This document shows, piece after piece, positions 26,286 to 34,708 of a DNA stretch of 35,896 nt. Source of the DNA: a virus (taxonomy: Duplodnaviria > Caudoviricetes). The stretch spans positions 1-35,896 of IMG/VR virus record IMGVR_UViG_3300005573_000193, one strand, 5' to 3'. Position numbers and translations under genes: made by a program. The notes beneath the pieces were generated by a model. The model made no database searches. It had not been told where the DNA came from and worked only from the letters and a program-made list of their open reading frames with translations. How positions within the stretch are numbered: the first letter of the stretch is position 1; each line of letters opens with the position of its first letter.

Positions 26286-26906
26286 ATGAGTAATAATAGT
26301 TTAACAAAGCATCTGGAAAGGAACATAGCAAAAAACGCTGGCAAGAAGGGCGCAGTCCGCCACAAGAAGGCTCGGCTCTTCCTTATGCTCAAAGTGTTGA
26401 GCGAATTGGACAGCCGAGTGATGATAGACCTTATAAACAAGGGCGAGATAAACCATTATCTCGCTGACAAGCTAGGGGTTGGCATAAGGCAGATAGAGAA
26501 GTATTGGGGAGACAGGTTTTTTAATGAAGCCTTCTTGCAGGCTGGGTATCCTGTTATGCGCAAGTATTTATTCCCAGCCTTGCACGCGCTTGGTATAAAG
26601 GCGGCTAGCGGAGACATCAATGCGCTGACCACTCTGTTCAATTTGACCAAAATATCGGAAGCTTTCGGGGCTTCCCTTTATGAGGTGCCTGAAGTTAAGA
26701 TAGAGATAAACGATTTAACAGGGCAAGAGATATATGATTACGATCAAGTGGAACAGAAAACAAAACCGCTTCCATCAGGGTCAGGTGGCGGTAATGGGGG
26801 ATCGCCATCGGATCCAGGTGATAGCGGCGGGACGCCGTTGGGGGAAGACGACTTTGGGGAGGACTCGGATTATCTTGGAGACATTGAAGGCTTTGAGCCG
26901 AACTAG
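26286..26906 (+). CDS. Putative terminase small subunit
   Basis: HTH-like LADKLGVGIRQIEKYW; KAASGDINA motif; overlaps the terminase large subunit; TGCTATAAT upstream. Confidence 0.7.
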   Translation: MSNNSLTKHLERNIAKNAGKKGAVRHKKARLFLMLKVLSELDSRVMIDLINKGEINHYLADKLGVGIRQIEKYWGDRFFNEAFLQAGYPVMRKYLFPALHALGIKAASGDINALTTLFNLTKISEAFGASLYEVPEVKIEINDLTGQEIYDYDQVEQKTKPLPSGSGGGNGGSPSDPGDSGGTPLGEDDFGEDSDYLGDIEGFEPN

Positions 26907-28020
26907 AAATCCGCTCTCGTGGTGGATTTCCCCGACATACTATCTGGCTCGGAAGCCCTTCCTTAATTGCGTCCACATCTGCAGGAAGCTCGGACTACTT
27001 GCTGGCGAACCGCACGGAAGCCCGCCAGCTTATATTGACTTAAAGTATGGCGGGCGTATAGAGTTCAGGTCAGCCGATTCGCCAGGTCTTTTAGTAGGCG
27101 ACTCGCTGGCTTATGCTGTTATAGACGAGGCTGGCAAAGTAAAGGAAGATGTTTGGTATGAGTCTATCCTGCCGTCGTTGGCAGACTTGAATGGCGGAGC
27201 TATGATCATAGGGACACCGAAGGGCAAGAACTGGTTCTGGAACGAATACCTTAAGGGGCAAAACCCAGAGCAATACCCGGACTATTTTTCTTATACATCG
27301 CCGAGCTATCAGAACACCTTTGTATTCCCGAAAGGCGAGAATGACCCCAAGTTCATCTCTCTTAAAACCAACATGCCCGAATGGCAGTTCCAGCAAGAGA
27401 TTATGGCGCAGTTCTTGGACACTCTAACGACGGTCTTTGAAGGCGTAGACGAGGTTATCGGCGGACAATTTGAACCGCCCAGAGATGGCATAAGATACTT
27501 CGGCGGAGTTGATCTTGGACGCAAGCAAGACCCGTCCAGTGTTTGTATTATGACCGCTGATGGTAGGCTGGTATGGCATCGTAGCTTGCCCTTGAAGATG
27601 AACTGGAAGACGCAGACGCAAATCATTTGCGATGACTTGCGCCGTTATAGAGCTATCGCCTTTGTAGACGCAACAGGCGTGGGAGACCCGGTCTTTGAGG
27701 AAATTTATCGCCGTTATCGCAGAGTCTATCCTTTGGTCTTGACAAACCTCTTGATTGAGGATATTATGATGGCGTTAGCGATGGACATCTCTAGCCAAGA
27801 TATAATGATACCTGCGGATGCACGGGAGCTAATTGCCCAGCTTAAAAACTTTCAGCGAGATGCCACCGGGAAGGTTGCCCACTATTCCGCCCCGCCAGGT
27901 CTTCACGATGATGATGTCTTTAGTCTGGCGATGGCAAACTATGCCCGGCGTGCAAAACGCCCGCTGAGAACCAGCGTCACTTATCAAGAAGTTAGGGAGA
28001 TAAACCTTGAACTTAATTGA
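26734..28020 (+). CDS. terL: Terminase large subunit
   Basis: AGRRWGKT Walker A, AVIDEAG Walker B, IGTPKGKNWF, GVDLGRKQD, HDDDVFSLAMA. Confidence 0.95.
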   Translation: MITIKWNRKQNRFHQGQVAVMGDRHRIQVIAAGRRWGKTTLGRTRIILETLKALSRTRNPLSWWISPTYYLARKPFLNCVHICRKLGLLAGEPHGSPPAYIDLKYGGRIEFRSADSPGLLVGDSLAYAVIDEAGKVKEDVWYESILPSLADLNGGAMIIGTPKGKNWFWNEYLKGQNPEQYPDYFSYTSPSYQNTFVFPKGENDPKFISLKTNMPEWQFQQEIMAQFLDTLTTVFEGVDEVIGGQFEPPRDGIRYFGGVDLGRKQDPSSVCIMTADGRLVWHRSLPLKMNWKTQTQIICDDLRRYRAIAFVDATGVGDPVFEEIYRRYRRVYPLVLTNLLIEDIMMALAMDISSQDIMIPADARELIAQLKNFQRDATGKVAHYSAPPGLHDDDVFSLAMANYARRAKRPLRTSVTYQEVREINLELN

Positions 28021-30061
28021 AAAAGCTCGGCTAAAATTAGGGATGGCGATCGCAGGCTTCCAGACCAAAGGCGTCCCAAAGCTAGGCGAAGAAGGATGGG
28101 CTCCGCTGAATGTTGGATCATACTTGCCGGGCGACCGCCCGTTGACCCCAAGAGAGTTGGCAGTTGCACTTATAGGGTATTCCTACGACTGCATCAACAT
28201 CATCGCCGAAGTTATCGGGATGCTGGACTTCCATCTGGAAGGCACACGCGGAGAAGAAAAGATCACGCTATCATCGCCAACAGAGCATCCGTTCCTGAAG
28301 GCTACTAAATCGCCAACGCCTCCTATGAGCAGGTCAAAGCTATGGTATTTAATAACCGGACATCTGGAATTGTTTGGGCAAGCCTTCTTGCTTAAACAGC
28401 GCGGTCCAGATGGCTTGGTCAACGCCTTCCAAGTCCTATCCCCGCTCAATACCAGATTAGAGCGTGAACGACCGGGATCGGATAACATTGTAGTCAGAGT
28501 GTATGGCAAGGGTATTGAAACCTACCCGCTACGCGAGGTGGTTTATTTTTTTAACCCGCACTTGCTTGGGACTTCTAACTCATATTCAACCGTGCAGGCG
28601 GTCTACCCTCATCTGAACTTGCAACGGGACATCATATTGAGCGAAGCCGAAAAGCTACAGAAGAGAGACTTCCCATCGTTGCTATTTGAGAGTGATGAAG
28701 ACTTGGACGAGGATAGACTATACGACTTTCAGAAATATCTTGAGGAAAAGATTGTTAAGATTATGCGCGGGAAAGTCGCCCCCGTGATCCCAGCCGGGAT
28801 TAAGACGCGCACCATCGGCTTTGAGCGGGACTTGACTAGACCTGTTCTGCTCAAAGAAGTGCGTGATAAAATCCTATCCGCTTGGAGAGTGCCAGAAGCC
28901 TTGCTATCAATGCGTGGTGGGACAGGGTATATCAGCCTTTATGGCGAGTTCTTATCCTTCGTGCACTTTACTATCAAGCCAAAAGCAATAAGGATTGCGC
29001 AAGACCTTAACTCGCAATGCTTGGCAACCGACTATCCTGGCTTGGCATTGCAAGGAATACAACTGAGTATGGTTTGGGACTTCCCGTCATCGGAAGACAG
29101 AGCCGCACTTGTGGCAGAGATAAACGCCACCCGTGATTTCAGAACCGTCAACGAGATTAGGCATTTGTTGGGCGATAAACCGCTAGCTCCGCAAGATGGC
29201 GATGTGATTTTGCGTAGCTCTGGAGTCACGCCGGTCCCGGTCACTATCCAACAACCTGGAATATCAATCATGCCATTCTTGAGCCTCAGAGAAGAGCTTT
29301 CGGAGTCTGAATTGACAATGCTAGAGCGGAAATGGCTCTTTGAAACCGACCATCACGAGAAAAAAATTAAGAGCGCGGCGCAACGCTTCTTTGAGGCGCA
29401 ACGCCAAGAAGTGTTGCATAAGTGGAGAAGCCTCAGCGCCCCGCGTGAAATAAAATTGTTTAACAAGAGAGAGTGGAACGAGAAGTTTTTTAGGTATCTC
29501 CACGACCCTGTGCGTTCTGCTTTCGTGGCATCATATATGAACGGACTGCGCAAGGAAAAAAAGGCGGCGCTGTTTGATGAAAGCTCCGATGAAGTGATCA
29601 AGTTCTACGAAGGATTAGCGATCACGCATCAAGGGGAGCTAGTCAATGAAAATACTATGCAGAAGATAGCAGAGGCGATAAGGAAAGGGCTTGAGAACCG
29701 CGAGAGCGTTTCTGAAATAGCAGAGAGGATTGAAAGGGTGTTTGCTTTGGCGTCTGGGTGGCGTGCGATTACTATCGCAAGAACTAGCGCGGTCGGAGCA
29801 TCTAACGCAGGCTTAATTCAAGCGTGGTCTGAATTTGAAACCCCTGTTCGCCCAGTCTGGTTTGCAATGCTAGACCACCGCACGCGTGATCCGCACCGCT
29901 CTGCGCACCGGCAAGTAGCAAAAGGTGTAAAGGGAGATTGGTATTTTGTGGTCGGTGGAGAGCGACTGAAATATCCGGGCGATCCAGATGGAAGTCCGGG
30001 CAATATAATCAATTGCAGATGCACAATGATTGCAAAACCGAGGCGGTTGACAGAATTATGA
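28007..30061 (+). CDS. Portal protein fused to SPP1 gp7/Mu F-like head morphogenesis domain
   Basis: HK97-like portal motifs (HLELFGQAF, ILSAWRVP, TVNEIRHLLG..PL); C-terminal RAITIART, W....D.RTRDPH...H, LKYPGDP...IINCRC. Confidence 0.9.
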   Translation: MNLIEKARLKLGMAIAGFQTKGVPKLGEEGWAPLNVGSYLPGDRPLTPRELAVALIGYSYDCINIIAEVIGMLDFHLEGTRGEEKITLSSPTEHPFLKATKSPTPPMSRSKLWYLITGHLELFGQAFLLKQRGPDGLVNAFQVLSPLNTRLERERPGSDNIVVRVYGKGIETYPLREVVYFFNPHLLGTSNSYSTVQAVYPHLNLQRDIILSEAEKLQKRDFPSLLFESDEDLDEDRLYDFQKYLEEKIVKIMRGKVAPVIPAGIKTRTIGFERDLTRPVLLKEVRDKILSAWRVPEALLSMRGGTGYISLYGEFLSFVHFTIKPKAIRIAQDLNSQCLATDYPGLALQGIQLSMVWDFPSSEDRAALVAEINATRDFRTVNEIRHLLGDKPLAPQDGDVILRSSGVTPVPVTIQQPGISIMPFLSLREELSESELTMLERKWLFETDHHEKKIKSAAQRFFEAQRQEVLHKWRSLSAPREIKLFNKREWNEKFFRYLHDPVRSAFVASYMNGLRKEKKAALFDESSDEVIKFYEGLAITHQGELVNENTMQKIAEAIRKGLENRESVSEIAERIERVFALASGWRAITIARTSAVGASNAGLIQAWSEFETPVRPVWFAMLDHRTRDPHRSAHRQVAKGVKGDWYFVVGGERLKYPGDPDGSPGNIINCRCTMIAKPRRLTEL

Positions 30062-30183
30062 GCATTCTCGGCATCCAGAATTTATATTCAGCCAAAGAAA
30101 TAAACGCGGTAAAGTCCATAGTTGAGGAAATGCTTGCGGGATGATTAAAGGTATGCTAAAATCCTGAATGGAGGTAGCTAAAA

Positions 30184-31233
30184 ATGGACAATCAATTTGG
30201 CATCCCAAACGATTTGGAGCATAAGGAAGCCGACCTGCTTTTTCTTGACCCTGTCTTGACGCCAGAAGGCAAAGCTAAAAAAGAAAGGGAGCTTTGGCTC
30301 AGAGTGTCTACTGCTTCAAGCGATTTGCGTGGGGATGAGCTTGACCAAGACGGCGCGGACATAAGCTATTTTGAGAAGTTCCGTCCGATATTCTACAACC
30401 ATAACTACTCCGATCCAAAATATCTTATTGCCACTGCCACAGAGATTAAAAAAGACGGCAAAGGCTGGCTGGTCAAGCCGAAGTTTGACGATGACGAGTT
30501 CGCCCAGAGCATCAAGCGCAAGATAGAGAACGGCTTAATCAAGGGTGCGAGTATAGGATGGAAGCCAATGGACTTTAAGTGGAAGCCAGATGGTATCGGG
30601 CGTCAAGTCAAAAAATGGAAGCTCTTTGAAGTCTCTTTTACACCTCTGCCAATGAACCCTGAAACCGAAGCTATCTGGAATAGTCAAGCGAAGCAATCAA
30701 AAGATGCCCTACCAGAAGGGACGATCCCGTTTGAAGCTCTTGGGATGATGCCAGAGGATACCGCGTGGGATGAAAGGGAAATCAGCGGAGTTGATGCTGG
30801 AACAATGAAAAAAATTTGTGCGATAGAGGGGCGTTTCCCGCATCATAACTCTAACTTGAAATCGGTTTGGTTCGCAGTCAAGTCAGCGATGGACTCTCTG
30901 ATGACATTAGAGGATACCTTAAACATCCCAGAACCGTTGCGCAAGTCCGCATATGATCATCTGGCTGGGCATTTCAGGGAGTTTGGAAAAGATGTCCCGG
31001 AATTTAAGACCATAGAAACTCTGCTGGCTGAAAGAGTGATTGCTCAAGAGAAGCGGATTGGAGAACTAGAGTCTCTTATCACTGAAGTGGCAACACAAGA
31101 GCTTTCCGCTAGAAAGTATGCAAGTGAAAGCCAGGAACAAGAAGAAGATACTTTTGACTTGACAAAAGCAAAAGAGGCGTTCAAAATAGCGTTTAAGGAC
31201 GAGCTTGCAAAAAAGCTCGGAGGAATAAAATAA
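30184..31233 (+). CDS. HK97-family prohead protease with C-terminal extension
   Basis: DLRGD, PIFYNH, KGASIGW, LFEVSFTPLPMNP. Confidence 0.9.
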   Translation: MDNQFGIPNDLEHKEADLLFLDPVLTPEGKAKKERELWLRVSTASSDLRGDELDQDGADISYFEKFRPIFYNHNYSDPKYLIATATEIKKDGKGWLVKPKFDDDEFAQSIKRKIENGLIKGASIGWKPMDFKWKPDGIGRQVKKWKLFEVSFTPLPMNPETEAIWNSQAKQSKDALPEGTIPFEALGMMPEDTAWDEREISGVDAGTMKKICAIEGRFPHHNSNLKSVWFAVKSAMDSLMTLEDTLNIPEPLRKSAYDHLAGHFREFGKDVPEFKTIETLLAERVIAQEKRIGELESLITEVATQELSARKYASESQEQEEDTFDLTKAKEAFKIAFKDELAKKLGGIK

Positions 31234-31256
31234 AAATAAAGGGGAGGTATAATCAG

Positions 31257-32429
31257 ATGCCAAACGAGATAGTTGAAAAAGAGAAAATCACGCCTGCTAC
31301 TGAGCTGAACCAGGCGATGATCCAGAACTGGGTGAAGGAAGCAATGAAGGACATTGAACCTACCATCCAGGAAATGCTCACAGTGGAAAGGGATAACGGA
31401 GTTGCCGGAAGCGGTGTGTCTGGCAAATCTGAGGTCGTATGGTATTCCAAGACCATCGGCGGGGTTGAGCAGGATAAAATCCCGCAGTTCAAATCCCTGT
31501 CCCCAGAAGTCAAGGATTTCATTAAGGAAATGAGAGACTTGGTTCTGTTGGGCGAAAAGAAGGCGGCACAGGATGGCACCGATCCGTATGGCGGAATTCT
31601 GATGCCAGAGGAAGTTGAGTCAACGATCATAGAGGCGGTCTATGACAAGTCCGTATTACTCCCGCTCTGCACCCTGCGTCGGACTACACGGGACACATTG
31701 AAGCTCCGTAGATTAAAACAATCGCTTGACCCAGAGACTGCACTTTCATTATTCGGCGGAGTGCAGTTCTCTTATCTGGACGCTGGAGAGGAAATCGGGG
31801 AAACCCGTGCCGAGTGGGAAAACTTGACAATGGTGCTCCATAAAGTCGGAGCTATCGTAGTCTTCCCAAACGAGCTTTTGAGTGATAGCGACATCAATGT
31901 GATGAACTATCTGACCAACTTATTGCGTCGCTCTCACGCATATCTCTTTGATTATAACATCCTGAACGGGAGCGGTATCGGGCGTCCTCTGGGAATACTT
32001 AACGATGACGGCACGCTGTCTGTTTCCCGTGAAACCTCTGGGAAAATCTCTTATAACGACTTCCTTGCACTGGACAAACGGCTTTTGGAAATCTTCGCTA
32101 ACCCGGTCTGGCTATGCCGTAAATCAACTTGGATGGAAGTAGTTTCAAGCCTGATAACCGCTGAACACCCGGAGATATACTTTGACGCAAGAGGGAAGAC
32201 TGCTGGCGGATACCCGGTAATCCAGAACATCTGCTCGGCAAATGCTGGCAGTCTTGGAGACTTGGTATTAGCCACGATGGAAAACTACGAGTTCTTGCTC
32301 AACGATGAGTTCCGCGTGGACACAAGCATCCATTACAAGTTCGCCACTGACCAGCCGGCTCTTCGGGTTATCACTAGGTTCAACGGAATGTTGACTATCC
32401 CGCAATCGGTAGCCGTCCTATCCGCATGA
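31257..32429 (+). CDS. Major capsid protein, HK97 fold
   Basis: GGILMPEEV...II, ELLSDS, ILNGSGIGRPLGIL, F.TDQ.ALRVITRFNG. Confidence 0.93.
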   Translation: MPNEIVEKEKITPATELNQAMIQNWVKEAMKDIEPTIQEMLTVERDNGVAGSGVSGKSEVVWYSKTIGGVEQDKIPQFKSLSPEVKDFIKEMRDLVLLGEKKAAQDGTDPYGGILMPEEVESTIIEAVYDKSVLLPLCTLRRTTRDTLKLRRLKQSLDPETALSLFGGVQFSYLDAGEEIGETRAEWENLTMVLHKVGAIVVFPNELLSDSDINVMNYLTNLLRRSHAYLFDYNILNGSGIGRPLGILNDDGTLSVSRETSGKISYNDFLALDKRLLEIFANPVWLCRKSTWMEVVSSLITAEHPEIYFDARGKTAGGYPVIQNICSANAGSLGDLVLATMENYEFLLNDEFRVDTSIHYKFATDQPALRVITRFNGMLTIPQSVAVLSA

Positions 32430-32440
32430 GGTAAAAACCG

Positions 32441-32680
32441 ATGCCAAGTGAAAATCCGATTGTAGAGGTTGAGATAACCGACCGCGGTTTAATCGGTAAA
32501 ACGATTGAACTCCGACAGGGGCGGTTTACTCTTGATAAAAACGGGAGATTGGTCGGCAAAGTCATCCGCAAGATGAAACTAAACGACGCCAAATGCCTTG
32601 AGCGGGCGAAAAAAGGGATCATTATCAAGAGTTCTGGAGACAAAAAGAACGCCCCTACAGCTCATACAAGGAGGTCTTAA
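32441..32680 (+). CDS. Hypothetical head-region protein
   Basis: RBS GAGGT; basic 79 aa after the capsid gene. Confidence 0.7.
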   Translation: MPSENPIVEVEITDRGLIGKTIELRQGRFTLDKNGRLVGKVIRKMKLNDAKCLERAKKGIIIKSSGDKKNAPTAHTRRS

Positions 32681-32681
32681 G

Positions 32682-32804
32682 ATGGGAAAAATCACAAAAT
32701 ACGGAGCAGGTGCTCGGATCAAATGCGGAGGCAGGACATATAAGTTCAAGAGCAAAAAACAAGCTAGAAAATTCCTCGCCGCCGTGCATATCAATAAACA
32801 CTAA
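32682..32804 (+). CDS. Small basic peptide (40 aa)
   Basis: RBS AAGGAGGT; MGKITKYGAGARIKCGGRTYKFKSKKQARKFLAAVHINKH. Confidence 0.7.
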   Translation: MGKITKYGAGARIKCGGRTYKFKSKKQARKFLAAVHINKH

Positions 32805-32821
32805 AAGGGAGGTATGAAAAA

Positions 32822-33241
32822 ATGGATAGTCTCTTTTATCAGGTGAACGACAAGGTAGCTCTTAAGCCCGATGCGGCGATCACTGAAAGCACTGCAGGAT
32901 CGGCGCTTGACAGGTTAGACCCAGCTTGCGAAGACATCAAGCTGGTCATTAACTGCGGAACAATCTCTGCTGGGACATTCACCGTCAAGCTAACCGAATG
33001 CGATACCGCAAACGGGACCTATACGGATGTTGATGTCTCAAAAGTGCTCTCTGAAAGCGGGACCGGAACAGAAACATTTACATCTACCACTGACGATGTT
33101 GTTAAAGTGCTGGCTATCAAACCCGGAGTATCAACTAAGCGTTTCCTTAAGCCATACATAACCGTCAGTGGGACATCCCCAAGCGGGTATATCGCCGCTA
33201 CTTGGCAGACTGGCAAACATCGGGTTGCGCCGATTAGATAA
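32822..33241 (+). CDS. Putative capsid decoration/cement protein
   Basis: VKLTECDTANGTYTDV and KRFLK..ITVSGT beta-sandwich pattern; after the capsid gene, before a terminator. Confidence 0.65.
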   Translation: MDSLFYQVNDKVALKPDAAITESTAGSALDRLDPACEDIKLVINCGTISAGTFTVKLTECDTANGTYTDVDVSKVLSESGTGTETFTSTTDDVVKVLAIKPGVSTKRFLKPYITVSGTSPSGYIAATWQTGKHRVAPIR

Positions 33242-33254
33242 CCCCTTGCTTCCG

Positions 33255-33312
33255 AATTGGTCGGGGGGAGCCACCAACCACCCTCCGAAAAATCCCCCCG
33301 ACCGAATTTTTT
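33255..33312 (+). terminator. Intrinsic terminator
   Basis: GGTCGGGGGGA (33259-33269) / TCCCCCCGACC (33293-33303) followed by GAATTTTTT. Confidence 0.75.
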
Positions 33313-33324
33313 AAGGGAGAACCA

Positions 33325-33909
33325 ATGGCAGGCGAATGGGTTACGATAGAAGAGCTCAAGACATATCTTGGGTTTAAGAGTCCATCAGAGCCATCGCCCG
33401 ATGACCAAACTCTGGCTGATTGCGAGTCTGCGGCTAGAAACTGGATTTGCCGTGCGCGTCTTGGGAGAACACAAATCGTTCAGCCTGCTAATGATATTGT
33501 TGAGGTTCACGATGGGGATGGAAGCCAAGTGATCTGGACGAAAGAATATCCGATTGCCAGCATAACAAGCATCGTTGTAGATGACGAGATAATCCCAGAA
33601 ATAGACGATGATAATGAATACGGCTGGCATATTCCAACAGGCGCAGAAAAATTTGGGAGGATTGAGTTGAGCGGGTATGTATTCACCGAGGGTATCCATA
33701 ATGTAGTAATCACATACAAGCCCGGCTACGCGACACTCCCTGATGATTTGAAAATAGCTTGCGCACGGATTGCTATTGCTCTATTTAAGCAATTCCCTTA
33801 TCTCGGAGTTCATCAGAGTGCAGGTGAATTAAATATCCAGATTGCGGAAATCTCGGATAAACTTGGGACAGACTTGTTGCTCAAACCATTCGTGAGGTTG
33901 CGAGGGTAA
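33325..33909 (+). CDS. Head-tail adaptor (HK97 gp6/SPP1 gp15-like)
   Basis: VTIEELKTYLG, EVHDG, YPIASITS, VVITYKPGY..LPDDLKIAC, LLKPF. Confidence 0.85.
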   Translation: MAGEWVTIEELKTYLGFKSPSEPSPDDQTLADCESAARNWICRARLGRTQIVQPANDIVEVHDGDGSQVIWTKEYPIASITSIVVDDEIIPEIDDDNEYGWHIPTGAEKFGRIELSGYVFTEGIHNVVITYKPGYATLPDDLKIACARIAIALFKQFPYLGVHQSAGELNIQIAEISDKLGTDLLLKPFVRLRG

Positions 33910-34487
33910 TGAATTACCAAATCAGACCAGCAGACCAGGCAAAAATAAAAGAGATAATGCAGAAGATTGATGCATTGCCGAAAAAAATCAAGAATTATTA
34001 TCTCCCGGGCACCTTTGAGCGCATCTCGCTTGACTACCACAAGGCAATGGTTGAGCGTCTCTCTCGTCCGGGTGGGGGTATCGGAAGATGGGTTTATTTG
34101 AGAGCGCCCGGCACGCCTGCGTTTAGGCGTGTAATGCAGACACGAACCAACAAAAAAACAGGACAGATTATAACACGGAGCGTAATGAAGCGCACTGGAC
34201 AACGCATCTGGCATAGACCGAGTCTGCCTGGACAACCGCCAGCGGTTTTATCAGGACGATTGCGTTCATCTGTGCGTGAGATTAAGAGCAGAAAACCGCT
34301 TGGGCTGATCCTGCAGGTTGGTGGAGAGCCGAAAATCAGGAAAGCTCTTGGGATGGTGAACTATGCTGGCAGGCTGGAGTATAAGCTAAACAGACCATTT
34401 TTTCGCCCAGTTATAAAACTCCGTCTCCCAACTTGGATAAAATGGCTTCGGGAAACACTGGCAAAGGCGACTAGCTTGAAGGAATAA
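33909..34487 (+). CDS. Neck/tail completion protein (HK97 gp10-like)
   Basis: Basic; PSLPGQPPAVLSGRLRSS, YAGRLEY, RPFFRP. Confidence 0.8.
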   Translation: MNYQIRPADQAKIKEIMQKIDALPKKIKNYYLPGTFERISLDYHKAMVERLSRPGGGIGRWVYLRAPGTPAFRRVMQTRTNKKTGQIITRSVMKRTGQRIWHRPSLPGQPPAVLSGRLRSSVREIKSRKPLGLILQVGGEPKIRKALGMVNYAGRLEYKLNRPFFRPVIKLRLPTWIKWLRETLAKATSLKE

Positions 34488-34489
34488 AG

Positions 34490-34708
34490 ATGGCGATTGA
34501 AAATCAAACCGGTAAAACAATAATAACTATTTGCGATGGTGGGAAGCAAATAGATCGCTTTGAGTTTGAATACCACCCTTGCGAATGTGAACAGAGCAAA
34601 AAATCAGGGAAGCGTGAAATCAGGCGGTTTGATCCTGAAGCTCGCACATATACAATCATTTGCGCCTATTGCAAGCGGGAGTTAATCAATGCTAAAGCAG
34701 ATAATTAA
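34490..34708 (+). CDS. Small Cys-rich protein, homolog of 2015..2224
   Basis: FEFEYHPCEC...ICAYCKREL; precedes the LamG gene as in the first copy. Confidence 0.75.
   Translation: MAIENQTGKTIITICDGGKQIDRFEFEYHPCECEQSKKSGKREIRRFDPEARTYTIICAYCKRELINAKADN

Noticed and set aside
442-34576. All minus-strand ORFs in the track
   Set aside because: Short shadows of + strand genes with no recognisable motifs.
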